This document shows, one piece after another, positions 1 through 10,262 of a stretch of 64,000 nt of DNA. The DNA is from Barthelona sp. PCE (Eukaryota): assembly GCA_040285745.1 (NCBI GenBank), contig JAUFOR010000006.1:310001-374000 (forward strand), in the 5' to 3' direction. Position 1 is the stretch's first letter, and the number at the start of each line of letters is the position of its first letter. Under the pieces are notes generated by a model. The model made no database searches. It was not told the DNA's origin and saw nothing but the letters and a program-made list of their open reading frames with translations. A program made the position numbers and the translations under genes.

Positions 1-3000
1 CTCCAAACAACAGATCTCGTTTAAATGACAATAAAGAAGGTAGAATAAGCATAACGAAATCTTTAACTAGTTTAATAGCTTCAAAAACATCATAATCCAA
101 TAATTCCTCTGATACGAGACCTAATCGTGTCCACGGAAACTTTCCACCTTGTCTATATAAAATAAACATTCCACATATTACAAGAAATTGAGTGAAAAAT
201 GCCAATATTAAACTTTTGAATGGTAAAACACAAGTACAACCTCCGGTAAATGAATTGAAAACAACAGAAAATCCATTAATCTCATCCACACACTTCAAAC
301 ATCCAGTGTCAAAGTGCATAGGTGCGCATCCATTGTGGTCGTCTATATTCATCCCTTTGTAATGCATAATCGTTCGTAAATTCTCACTGGCATGTGATCC
401 GCGTAGCCCAGACAACCCAGGGAGCACCGAATCAGGATCAGTGAAATCTGAAGCTGAAAAAAGTGTAACCTGATTAGATTTCTTATCCTCTATTAAAAAT
501 GTTCGTGGAGGCAAATTTCTGTTACCAGCAGTGATTCTCATCTTCCAAAAGAAAGGCATGTCTGTTTGAGGATCCTTTATGCATGGAGGAACAACACCGC
601 CTTCATATAACTTGAATTGATGATATCCTATAGGACACGTCGTGCAAACATCATTAATTAAAGTTTCGCCAAATACACAACACATTCCCTTAACTAGATT
701 GTTCGAACTCATCAAGGAGCTGAACGCGTCAACCACGTACACATTAACAATAGCTCCACAAGACAATTTAGGTATATCAAACTCAAAAAAAACACGCTTT
801 TTATCAATTGCAATACCATCGTTGTTGAAAATAAACACTTTTCCATGAATAAACAACTGAATTTCACGATATATTACATCAATTCCCTCGGCTTCTATAC
901 GTATTACATCATATTCTGTTCCATCCACTATTTTGGTGCGTAATGGATTAAGTCCTACATTGAAATTCTTTAATGTAGGAACTTCCACAATCCTGAATTG
1001 ATCTGGACACTGCTCACCAAAACAATAAACATTGTGCACATCATAATGCTCTTGTGTGACCATCAAATTCTCAACCAAAATATCTGCGTTAAAAAATGAC
1101 TTCATATTCCATTTTAAAAGATGACATTCAAAACGAGCGGCTACATAACCATGGCCATTGACAACAACTTCACCCTGTATGGTACTTAGCAGTTTATCAA
1201 AGACAACTCCAGAGAAAACATTCAAAGTAATATCACCAGATATAAATCCCATTGAGAGTTCACGCATCCAATACATAAAGACCATTTCAGGGTCCACGTC
1301 CACGTCACACATTTCATCTTGATATATTGTTACATTCACTTTGTTTAAAACAGAGAAATAAAACCGATTCGTAAAGATACGTGAACATGACAATTTCAGT
1401 TCTCCTGAATACACTGTAGAGATTACTTTTGATAAAAATATCTCCGAAGCATTAATTATTGAACGTCTTATTGTTATTTTAGGCATTTTGTTTTCTAAAA
1501 TGAAAATAAAATCACTAAAAGAATTATTTATCTGAGCAGCAGTTAATAATAATCGATCTCTTTCGTCCACATAATTTGGTTTGAAGTGAATGAGTGAGTT
1601 GAATGAATTATCAATAAAAGTTATATGACTTAAATCCACAAAAATAGGGGAATGTCGATCTCTAATAAAGGTAAATAAAACTGCTACTCCCTCAGCAAAA
1701 CATTCTTCAAATACCAAAGCTTCTAAAATACGACGATGAGAGCCAGGAAAAAATATTTCTATCGGTGAAGTGAAGGTGCAATTAAAAAAAGAGACATCTG
1801 CAAATTCACTATCTACTCTAGTGTTCTGTAAAACAGATTCCCTGAAAACTGTACTCTCAAGCATGTGAAATCTGCAATCTGTAAAGCTACTGCCAATGAA
1901 TTGTGAATTAAAAACTCGCATTTTTCGTTGATTAAGATTATGTGTATATTCGATTATGCTGTTATCAATGTAAAACATTGAAGTGGCACCAAAGGCAAAA
2001 GATACATGTCTAAAATGACTAGAAACTATGTGGACTTCATTCCAATTACTCAGCAATCCACCTTTATCTAAATATAATGCAGAAATAAAATTTGCACTAA
2101 CATTATGAAAGAGTGTATGATCTGTTAAAGGAAATAAATATTGTTGAATATGAATTCTTTCAATAATAACATCTCTTAACTCAACGTTACTAATCATAAG
2201 TGCGTTAAAATCGCCAAATACAAACCAACAACGAATAAAAGAAGATGCATAAACTGAAAAATCATTTATCTTTTCTGAATTAATATTAACAAACCTTACT
2301 GATCCACTTGTATCAACAAAATTTGTGTGTGAAATATCCAGTAATCTTATTATCATGTTGTCTAAATCCAATGAAAAAATTGGGGAGTTGAATAAAGTAA
2401 CATTATTCACATACGATACTGCACCTCTTGTTTCTATTCTAAATCCAACTTCAGATTCAAGTAACTCCACTTTATCTAAATGAAAATTTTGCATAAGATG
2501 AATGTCAATCTCTGAATTTGGACAATCAACAGCTCTGACTGTCACAACACCACCTGATTCAATGTCAATTGGTATCTTTTGATCGAAAAAACCACAATTA
2601 ACAGAATCTAAAACAAAATGATTAACACTGCAATTAAAAAATTGAATATAATCAGTATCTATCAATTCTAATTGATTAACACGTGTTGTATTCAACTTCA
2701 TTGGAAGATTATTAAAACCTAACAACTTAACATTCAAAATATCATGTAAAGCTAAAACATTTGTTGGTGTCCATATCTCTACTGGATGTGCAATAAATAT
2801 CTTATTCATACCAGAATACTCAAATTTATGCATTTTAATCGATGATTCTGATGCTGTAAACTGATTTAATTCAATTGTTGCATTAATAGATATTGTAGAA
2901 GTTTGGACTCCCCAAGAATCAAGATAAATACACTCATATTCATCATTTGTGATTGCAATTGAAGAGAATTTCACTACAAACCGGACAGATACTGCTTCTG

Positions 3001-3235
3001 AATCAATAAACTTAATGTTTAAAATGTCAGAATTCAATACCACCACTTCTACATCTTGTTGTGTACTCTTTGAAAAATCTATGATACATTCATCAGCACT
3101 GACCTCTAAAATTTGGATTCTTGCATCATCTCCCACTATAATTACTGATGAACATGAAGATGTTATCTGGGATGAAACGACTACAACTATGCAAGCCCAA
3201 AAAATGAAAAATTCAAACAGATAATTCTTATTCAT
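1..3235 (-). CDS. Large secreted/membrane protein, 3'-truncated by the window edge (>=1078 aa): signal peptide, beta-rich ectodomain, Cys-rich segment, start of TM region; probable paralogue of 57163..60864
   Basis: Not in the ORF track, presumably because it has no stop inside the window. ATG at 3235 gives MNKNYLFEFFIFWACIVVVVSSQ (signal-like). The same frame at the window start reads NGCAPMHFDTGCLKC...CTCVLPFKSLILAFFTQFLVICGMFILY. Both ends were hand-translated; the middle was not fully checked. Confidence 0.85.
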   Translation of the reverse strand, partial: MNKNYLFEFFIFWACIVVVVSSQITSSCSSVIIVGDDARIQILEVSADECIIDFSKSTQQDVEVVVLNSDILNIKFIDSEAVSVRFVVKFSSIAITNDEYECIYLDSWGVQTSTISINATIELNQFTASESSIKMHKFEYSGMNKIFIAHPVEIWTPTNVLALHDILNVKLLGFNNLPMKLNTTRVNQLELIDTDYIQFFNCSVNHFVLDSVNCGFFDQKIPIDIESGGVVTVRAVDCPNSEIDIHLMQNFHLDKVELLESEVGFRIETRGAVSYVNNVTLFNSPIFSLDLDNMIIRLLDISHTNFVDTSGSVRFVNINSEKINDFSVYASSFIRCWFVFGDFNALMISNVELRDVIIERIHIQQYLFPLTDHTLFHNVSANFISALYLDKGGLLSNWNEVHIVSSHFRHVSFAFGATSMFYIDNSIIEYTHNLNQRKMRVFNSQFIGSSFTDCRFHMLESTVFRESVLQNTRVDSEFADVSFFNCTFTSPIEIFFPGSHRRILEALVFEECFAEGVAVLFTFIRDRHSPIFVDLSHITFIDNSFNSLIHFKPNYVDERDRLLLTAAQINNSFSDFIFILENKMPKITIRRSIINASEIFLSKVISTVYSGELKLSCSRIFTNRFYFSVLNKVNVTIYQDEMCDVDVDPEMVFMYWMRELSMGFISGDITLNVFSGVVFDKLLSTIQGEVVVNGHGYVAARFECHLLKWNMKSFFNADILVENLMVTQEHYDVHNVYCFGEQCPDQFRIVEVPTLKNFNVGLNPLRTKIVDGTEYDVIRIEAEGIDVIYREIQLFIHGKVFIFNNDGIAIDKKRVFFEFDIPKLSCGAIVNVYVVDAFSSLMSSNNLVKGMCCVFGETLINDVCTTCPIGYHQFKLYEGGVVPPCIKDPQTDMPFFWKMRITAGNRNLPPRTFLIEDKKSNQVTLFSASDFTDPDSVLPGLSGLRGSHASENLRTIMHYKGMNIDDHNGCAPMHFDTGCLKCVDEINGFSVVFNSFTGGCTCVLPFKSLILAFFTQFLVICGMFILYRQGGKFPWTRLGLVSEELLDYDVFEAIKLVKDFVMLILPSLLSFKRDLLFG

Positions 3236-3318
3236 TCGATATTAAATACGGTCAGAAATTTTTACCATAAAATTCAGTGAAAGAAAGGATATAAAAGTAA
3301 AAACAACACTATATCTCA

Positions 3319-3418
3319 CTAAATAGCTTTTATATGCTGTAACTACCGTGTAGCATGACTTTCTCCACGGTACCTATGAGAAAAGTATAGGAATAAGAAA
3401 GAATCAAAAGCTATTTGG
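3319..3418 (+). other. Candidate structured RNA/DNA element (three-way junction with complementary loops)
   Basis: AAATAGCTTTT (3321-3331) and AAAAGCTATTT (3406-3416) form a perfect inverted repeat. It encloses two hairpins carrying the complementary TACCGTG (3344-3350) and CACGGTA (3366-3372). Confidence 0.35.
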
Positions 3419-3468
3419 GAAAGAAAAAAAAATCTATACACCGTATTTTAACTAATATTTATTTGACT

Positions 3469-3882
3469 CTAGCTCAGCTTTTTATCAGCCATGTACACAC
3501 AAACGGTTTGAATTGAATAATATATAACAGATAGTATAAAAGCCATTATGCTCCCGTTAACACCACTGTAAATAGCCATTAGAAGGACTGCAAAACGATA
3601 AATGAAAACATTAGCTAAATTTTTCCTATTTAATAAACAATTATACGCTATAACTTCTAAAACCAAAAATAAACCTAATGGTATCAAGAATAAAAGAAAT
3701 ATTAATCCATAATCGGGCAACACTAAGGAAATTGCAATGATTCCAATGAACCCAATACACATTAAAACAATATTCAAAAAAGAGAATACAATTGCAATTG
3801 TCAACTCTGGACAAGACTTTTTTGGCTCGTCTACAGTGACAGTCGATGCCCTTATGGGATCAGCCTCTATGGATTGATACAT
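3469..3882 (-). CDS. Small 4-TM membrane protein of a lineage-specific family (paralogue of 20592..21035)
   Basis: 137-aa ORF with four hydrophobic segments; shares MYQ, VFSxxNIV, LNRK(K)NL, IYR and LSxIY with the 20592 gene. Confidence 0.8.
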   Translation of the reverse strand: MYQSIEADPIRASTVTVDEPKKSCPELTIAIVFSFLNIVLMCIGFIGIIAISLVLPDYGLIFLLFLIPLGLFLVLEVIAYNCLLNRKNLANVFIYRFAVLLMAIYSGVNGSIMAFILSVIYYSIQTVCVYMADKKLS

Positions 3883-3993
3883 GACAATGAGTTTATGGTG
3901 AGAAAAGTTTAACTGAGTATATAATGAAAAAATGTACTAAGAATGATTCTCAACTTCGAATCAACTGCTCTTTCAATTCAGTAAACATATTTA

Positions 3994-5655
3994 CTAAGAT
4001 GAGGTAACACTTGAATATCGTAACCACCATTTCTTTTGTTTTCTGCGACGCTTTTTGCGCTTCTTAGTGCGAGGAGTATCAGTTGCTACAGGGCTATCAG
4101 TAGCATCAGGAGCAACTGTGCTGATTTTTAATGTCTTAGCAATTCTTTTACGATTTTCTGTCATTGGGATATCCATAGCCTTATATACCTTCTCTAATCC
4201 ATCCAATTCAAGACCTTTCTCTTCACATATAGCTACTAAATCATTGTAAGTCATTTCATTATGAATTATAACAGTATCCTTCATTCTATTCAAGAGTTCA
4301 GGATCAATACTTAATATACAAGCACTAAAATCGTTGATAAAGAACTGAGAATGAGATAATTCTGCAATAAATAAAGATTGCATAATGGTTGCATCAGTAA
4401 AATAATCACTAACACTATGGGCATGATCAAACCCGACTAATAAACTTTCAGAAAAGTTCTCTGCAATGAATTCCACCAACATATTGTTAATAGCAGGAGT
4501 GTTATCAATTGCAACCAAATCTAATGGAGTAATCCTCAATCCTACTAAATAACCAACTAAATCAATAACTTTACGCCAACGTGGTGACTCCACTACAATG
4601 TTTAAGATCATATCTAAATCGAAACATAAATTCATATTTGGAGAATTCAATTTAAAAAAATCACAAAAACTAGACGGTGGTTGAAACAACAAAGATGAAT
4701 ATACTTGTGGAATAGCAATATCAGACACGTCAAGGTCTCTAAATCGCTCTTGTAGATATCCAAGTTTACCTAAACAATGGTCTGCATTACTGATCTTTAA
4801 GAAACTAAGAAAAGAAATGCTGATATATACTGAGCGATTCTTACTACTAATCTCGCACCCATACGTATCTCTTAGGACGTTGAGTGATGGAAATTCTTCA
4901 AATAAAGTTGAAAATTGCTTAAAAGTGAATGTAAATCTTATCTCTGAAGGATTTTTTCTGCTAAGAAGTGGTAATAAATGTGGTTTATCCAAATATCCAG
5001 CCAAAAACAAAGGAGACATGCTTCCTACCTTCCAGTTAACATCAGCACCAGCCTTAATCAGAAACTTAATCACATTAACACAATCAAAAGTGATAGCAGC
5101 GTGTAATGGTGTCATACCTTTAGAATCAACAGCATTTAGCGGGAGGCATATGGTATTGTACAGAAACTCCACGCATTCAACGTTATCAGAACAACATGCA
5201 TAATGTAAACATGTTTTACGTTCATTGTCACGCTTACCGAATAGTATACCCTTGGATTGGATGTCTTTTAGGAATTCTACGTTGGCAAAACGACTGCCAT
5301 AATGCTCAATATAAACACCGTTGTTATCAACCGCCTTAACGGAAGCTCCGAGACTAAGGAGTAGCTCTACCGTCTCATCTTGACCGTTAATGAGAGCAAC
5401 TGCTAAACACGTTTGTCCATCATTGTTTTTATGCTCTAAGAAAGCATCATTGTCGTAACACCACGCAACAACCTCGGAATATCCTTTCTCGCTTCCAAGA
5501 TGCAATATTGTGTTTCCCCTGTCGTCAATAGGCTGTGAAAGCTCCCATAATCCTGTATTGATGATAGTTTCAAGAGCTTCAAGATCTCCTTCTTCGAATG
5601 CAAAAGTAATGTCAGCTTCTTCAACTCTCAAGTCCTCAATTGACGGGTTGGACAT
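3994..5655 (-). CDS. Ankyrin-repeat protein with a basic C-terminal tail
   Basis: Ankyrin motifs GNTILHLG, GQTCLAVA, KTCLHYAC, GMTPLHAA and MSPLFLAG; KKRKKRRRKQKK NLS-like tail. Confidence 0.9.
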   Translation of the reverse strand: MSNPSIEDLRVEEADITFAFEEGDLEALETIINTGLWELSQPIDDRGNTILHLGSEKGYSEVVAWCYDNDAFLEHKNNDGQTCLAVALINGQDETVELLLSLGASVKAVDNNGVYIEHYGSRFANVEFLKDIQSKGILFGKRDNERKTCLHYACCSDNVECVEFLYNTICLPLNAVDSKGMTPLHAAITFDCVNVIKFLIKAGADVNWKVGSMSPLFLAGYLDKPHLLPLLSRKNPSEIRFTFTFKQFSTLFEEFPSLNVLRDTYGCEISSKNRSVYISISFLSFLKISNADHCLGKLGYLQERFRDLDVSDIAIPQVYSSLLFQPPSSFCDFFKLNSPNMNLCFDLDMILNIVVESPRWRKVIDLVGYLVGLRITPLDLVAIDNTPAINNMLVEFIAENFSESLLVGFDHAHSVSDYFTDATIMQSLFIAELSHSQFFINDFSACILSIDPELLNRMKDTVIIHNEMTYNDLVAICEEKGLELDGLEKVYKAMDIPMTENRKRIAKTLKISTVAPDATDSPVATDTPRTKKRKKRRRKQKKWWLRYSSVTSS

Positions 5656-5868
5656 GATTAACGCCGAAAAAAGTACCTAGAAAGGGAAGTAAAATCAAAA
5701 CAATCGTTCATCCTCAAACTGTATTTCCCTGACTAGCCTTCGGTTGACTTCAACATTGAAACACTGCAGCCACCAGAAAAATACGAAAAAATCCACAATC
5801 CACTTGTTTTTTCATTTTCATCTCCTTTTGTGGTCTTTGTTTGATTTTCTTCACATCCACATCCACAT

Positions 5869-7704
5869 ATGGGAATCAAGGGACTGTTGCCTCTCTTACA
5901 GGAAGCAACAAGAAAAGTTACGTTGTCTGCTTTTCGCGGTAAAACCGCAGCAATGGATGGTCACGCATTTTTGCACAGGTCATTCTTCAGTTGTGCAGAA
6001 GACCTCGCCAAAGGTAACTTTACAATGAAGTATGTTTACTTCTTCGAAAAGATTGTTAAAAAATGTAGAGATGCAGGTGTGGAACCATATTTTGTTTTTG
6101 ATGGAGGCGCAAACCCCCTTAAAGCTGACGAAGCCGTGTCTCGTAGAGAAAAAAGAGTGAAAAACTTAGAGAAAGCAGAATCTTTACCTAAATCTCATGC
6201 TTCTCGTCAATCTCTCTTTGCCGCTTCTATTTCCGTAAACTTTGAACATATACGCAACGTTATGAACCACCTCAACAGCCTTGATGTACGATGTATGATT
6301 GCCCCTTATGAAGCGGATCCTCAACTAGCCTACATGGTCAAGACCGGTATTTGTGATTTTGTTATATGTGAAGACAGTGATCTACTTGTTTATCAAACCC
6401 ATGAAGTATTCCTCAAGGGCACATGGTCAAGCAGTGTTGTGCATGGAGATGCTATTAAATTTGAAGAAATTTTCACATTGAAAAAATTTCGTTTTTGGAA
6501 AGAACATACTTTTGTGTTTTTTTGTTTATTGCTAGGATCAGATTATACGTCTAATCCGCACCGTGTTGGCCCAAAACGATTATTTAAGATATTTAGTGGA
6601 GTTAAAACTTTTGATATTCACTCTATACTGCAAAAGATCTACTCTATCGATCCTAATTTCCGCCAACAGGAGAACATGCTCATCCAGGCCTTCTCACAGT
6701 TCATATTTGGTCTTGTTTATTGCCCTAACCAACAGCGTTTAGTTCGATTATCTATGCCTGATTCACAATTGGAAGGAAAACTACAGCATCTTGGTAATAT
6801 GTTCGATGATGATGTTGCGCGTGAGGTTGCCATTGGATTAAGAGATCCATTTACACACGAGAGACAATCAATGGCAGTTGTTGAAAAAATTGATACAAGA
6901 CATACAACAGTTGCTGTTGTTACCCCAAAGAAGAAACCACGATCCTCGAACCGAATTTCTCTTGGTATGTCAATTGCTCCAAAGGCAGAAGAAGAAGAAG
7001 AAGAGAAAATTCCAAGATTTATCCCTAATCATGCTGCTTCCAGTGATAGTAACTCTCGTATCCCCCGATTCATTCCGCAAATACGACCGAGGAAGCATGT
7101 TATCATAGATACAGAAAGAAAGGCAGCAACACCAGTTCAGAGAAAAGAATGTAATCTTTACGATAATCTGCTGGCAACGCTAGCATCTGGTGATGGCGAG
7201 GGGGCATTCAACGTCGTTGAACAGAGATCACAGTCCGTCCCAGTTATGGAACCAATGGTGGATGAAACGAAGTTTTCCCCACTTCGTGATATTCTATCCC
7301 CACAATTCGATAAAGGAAGGCGTTCAGCCGAATCTGCTGGGTTTGTGTTCGTCAAGGATAGCGCCAACCCTTTCAGTGCTGTCGAACCTGAAGTTGTTGA
7401 GAAAAATGACCTTCTGTCTTTTGTAACCGAGCAATCACAATATTCACAAAAAAATTCACAAGAAACGATTAACGAGAGTCAGAATAAGATCATTAACTCC
7501 AAGAAACCACAATTTGGATTGGGTAGTAGTAGTAATATGAAAAACTTTCGATTTTTAAAGCAACAAAATGAATCCGAAGATGAAGAAATGATTCCAAAAA
7601 AGGCCCAAAGAGTCGAAATGAAACATTCTAATGCTCAAATAACTCCTCCAAATTTCAAACGCAATACACCTTTTGATATTTCTGCTTATATGTTTCCAAA
7701 ATAA
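5869..7704 (+). CDS. EXO1: Exonuclease 1 (XPG/Rad2 family)
   Basis: MGIKGLL, DGHAFLHR, VFDGG, APYEADPQLAY, EDSDL, GSDY, then a long disordered C-terminus. Confidence 0.92.
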   Translation: MGIKGLLPLLQEATRKVTLSAFRGKTAAMDGHAFLHRSFFSCAEDLAKGNFTMKYVYFFEKIVKKCRDAGVEPYFVFDGGANPLKADEAVSRREKRVKNLEKAESLPKSHASRQSLFAASISVNFEHIRNVMNHLNSLDVRCMIAPYEADPQLAYMVKTGICDFVICEDSDLLVYQTHEVFLKGTWSSSVVHGDAIKFEEIFTLKKFRFWKEHTFVFFCLLLGSDYTSNPHRVGPKRLFKIFSGVKTFDIHSILQKIYSIDPNFRQQENMLIQAFSQFIFGLVYCPNQQRLVRLSMPDSQLEGKLQHLGNMFDDDVAREVAIGLRDPFTHERQSMAVVEKIDTRHTTVAVVTPKKKPRSSNRISLGMSIAPKAEEEEEEKIPRFIPNHAASSDSNSRIPRFIPQIRPRKHVIIDTERKAATPVQRKECNLYDNLLATLASGDGEGAFNVVEQRSQSVPVMEPMVDETKFSPLRDILSPQFDKGRRSAESAGFVFVKDSANPFSAVEPEVVEKNDLLSFVTEQSQYSQKNSQETINESQNKIINSKKPQFGLGSSSNMKNFRFLKQQNESEDEEMIPKKAQRVEMKHSNAQITPPNFKRNTPFDISAYMFPK

Positions 7705-7715
7705 AAGAAATAATG

Positions 7716-8516
7716 CTATTTACTCATGCTAGAACGACGCTGGAATCTATTAAGTGATGGAAGAAGACCAGTACACAATGTAAGTTCCTTAATGTCATTA
7801 TCATTATGTATCATCTCTTTCAATCTCGCAATAGACTCTTGTAGCTCAGAGCAAGGAATCGGTAGCCTGATTATGATCTCAACTAGATCATAACATATAT
7901 CTTCGTCAAGATCAAAAAATCTGGAGAGTACAAAAAAATTCAGAAATGAGTAATTTTCCGGAATAAGGGGCCAGAATGCAGCTATGAAAGCCTTAAACAC
8001 TGTTCTGTATACAATAACATCCTCATCAGTTAAAATTGGGTGCAAAGAATAAAATGCTTGCATACTACCAAGGAACATTGGAGTTATGGAAGGATCACTG
8101 GTTGTTGATGCGATACAAAAGTCCTTGAGCTGATCCAAGCCACGCATTAACGTGTGTAGCAGAATGTGATTCTCTCTTGACAAGTCCATAAACGAAAAGA
8201 CTGATACGCAGTGGAACATACAACAGATCACATACATGCGCGTGTTTATACTGTTTTTATCGTCTTTATATGCTGACCAAAGTTTGTGAATGAGATAATG
8301 AAGGTTATTAGTTGAGAATTGCTCCAAAAACTCATGTTTTTCAAATATAGAGGCCCAAAACCCCATATTTTCTATCTTAATATTCTCAAAACACTCAAAA
8401 TCAAAGTCTGAAAGAGACGTACCAGAATCGATAGAGTTTTGTATAGTACTCTTAAGCTCTTCATAATCTTGCTCATTTGCAAGACCAAGCGTACATTTAC
8501 GTAAAATTACATCCAT
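7716..8516 (-). CDS. Hypothetical alpha-helical protein
   Basis: 266-aa ATG ORF filling the space between neighbours; no recognised motif. Confidence 0.75.
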   Translation of the reverse strand: MDVILRKCTLGLANEQDYEELKSTIQNSIDSGTSLSDFDFECFENIKIENMGFWASIFEKHEFLEQFSTNNLHYLIHKLWSAYKDDKNSINTRMYVICCMFHCVSVFSFMDLSRENHILLHTLMRGLDQLKDFCIASTTSDPSITPMFLGSMQAFYSLHPILTDEDVIVYRTVFKAFIAAFWPLIPENYSFLNFFVLSRFFDLDEDICYDLVEIIIRLPIPCSELQESIARLKEMIHNDNDIKELTLCTGLLPSLNRFQRRSSMSK

Positions 8517-8588
8517 AATAAAGTCGATAAGGGTGTTAGTTATAGATTCACTTTCTTCATTTGTTTAGTATCATTTTATTCATGCTAA

Positions 8589-9053
8589 ATGAGCGAAAAC
8601 GAGAGCTTGATTAGGGCTTTAGGGAATTTTCTACCTGTACCACTGACAGATCATATCATTTCACTTTTCTTGCATTTAGCCAATAAAAAGGGGTGTACGG
8701 TGGATGGAACTCCGAAGCGCCTTAACAGACTTATCAAGGGCATGATTAAACGTTTGGAACGTAATGATATTACCAAATTTAAGTATGAATCTGTTTTTCT
8801 CGCTTGTGAGTCAGCTAATCCCTCGAGAGCGATCAAAGGGCTACCTACATCTCTCTTCCTGACTGTAGCTTCACTAGATGATAGAATAATCAACGCCACT
8901 GATGACTACTTCAATTTTTCGGTGCATGTTTTAGTTCCGCTTTCTCGAGCTGACTGGGTATTCCCTGAGCCGGGCACACACTTCATTGCTACTAACTACA
9001 GCGTCGTAAAGGGTGTCATATATGTGAAAGATGTGGATTTCAGACCAATTTGA
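8589..9053 (+). CDS. Hypothetical protein, possible OB-fold (BRCA2 OB1-like pattern)
   Basis: 154-aa ATG ORF containing KFKYE...LFLTVASL...IINATDDYF...PEPGTHF; the fold call is speculative. Confidence 0.65.
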   Translation: MSENESLIRALGNFLPVPLTDHIISLFLHLANKKGCTVDGTPKRLNRLIKGMIKRLERNDITKFKYESVFLACESANPSRAIKGLPTSLFLTVASLDDRIINATDDYFNFSVHVLVPLSRADWVFPEPGTHFIATNYSVVKGVIYVKDVDFRPI

Positions 9054-9079
9054 CAAACATTTATTTCTATTCAACAATA

Positions 9080-9847
9080 TTAAAGATCTTCATACATACC
9101 AGGTGTTGTATTGGGTTCTAAATCAATAGCTTTATAAAACTGTGCATAATACCAATAAGAAATGAAGAGCGGGACATCAATAATAATATAGTCCCAGCTG
9201 ATAATTGCTTCATTAGGAGCGACACCAAACATTAAATATGTACACATTCGAACCATCCAAAGGCTTAAACAAACGAATAATCGAAGTATATGCTTAAAAC
9301 GGGTTTTATCACTGATTGTCCAGTCTGCATCGAGTGTAGCAATCCAATACAGCAAAGCAACTGATGCTATACCTGGTAATAAAGCAACAAATATTCCAAT
9401 TAGGAAAAATGCTTGAGATCCTGCTGCTGTGGCGTTGACGATATTGGGGAAACCAATGCCAAAAGCATTTGAAAGGATAGCTGATGTTATAATAACTATA
9501 TAAAAGAACGTAAATGTCCTATCATCATCTATTTTGTAAAAAGATCGCATGGTAGCGCCTGTCTTTAAGGATGTATAGTATCCCAACCAAGCAGTAGCAA
9601 CGTAGCACAGTGGAAGTGAAGATAATGTGATGGTGGATAAGAACAAAAACTTGTTAGTTCCCATTGTGTAAGAGAGGCCCATTATCATGGAAAAAAACGC
9701 ATGGATCGAAGCACATCCAATAGCTATACGAACATATGTGTGATCCAAAATATCATCAGCAAATGCTCGAATTGCCAAAATTACTGTTGAACATAGTATT
9801 ATAATCGCCACAATGGCTTCCACGGTTGTGGAAAAGGATGCAGTCAT
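9080..9847 (-). CDS. Seven-transmembrane protein (GPCR-like, possibly TOM1/GPR137-like)
   Basis: Seven hydrophobic segments in 255 aa; the last helix contains D-V-P. Confidence 0.75.
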   Translation of the reverse strand: MTASFSTTVEAIVAIIILCSTVILAIRAFADDILDHTYVRIAIGCASIHAFFSMIMGLSYTMGTNKFLFLSTITLSSLPLCYVATAWLGYYTSLKTGATMRSFYKIDDDRTFTFFYIVIITSAILSNAFGIGFPNIVNATAAGSQAFFLIGIFVALLPGIASVALLYWIATLDADWTISDKTRFKHILRLFVCLSLWMVRMCTYLMFGVAPNEAIISWDYIIIDVPLFISYWYYAQFYKAIDLEPNTTPGMYEDL

Positions 9848-10262
9848 TAGGGTTTAACGGTTAAAAGGGTGAAATGGAATAAAAAGAATGAAACATGCTT
9901 TTATCAAATGGATTTTTAATCATTTCTTCTTACGAATGTCTCTAGATCGAGAATAAAATGCTTGAGGCATCCCATCTTTCAATACAAAGATAGTTATGCA
10001 TAAAGAAAGTACACTAACTGTCACCCAAGCACATATGAATATCTGCGTTATACAGCTGCCGATTGCCCAATATCGTTGTTGTGTTTTGAGATTGTATCAC
10101 TTCTCCTTCGATCGCTCAAGAAAACTCGCAGGTTTTCTCTTATCGATTTAAACATCATTTATTTCCTCGTTTTGTGTATAAAAAGAAAATTATAACAGAT
10201 TTACATTAAACAAATTTTCACACTTGCAGTTAAAAATTGCTTTCATTAAAAAATCCCATATC

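Noticed and set aside
10013..10024. ACTAACTGTCAC, a possible AT-AC or orphan intron 3' end
   Set aside because: No matching donor or upstream exon, and the downstream frame has no recognisable product
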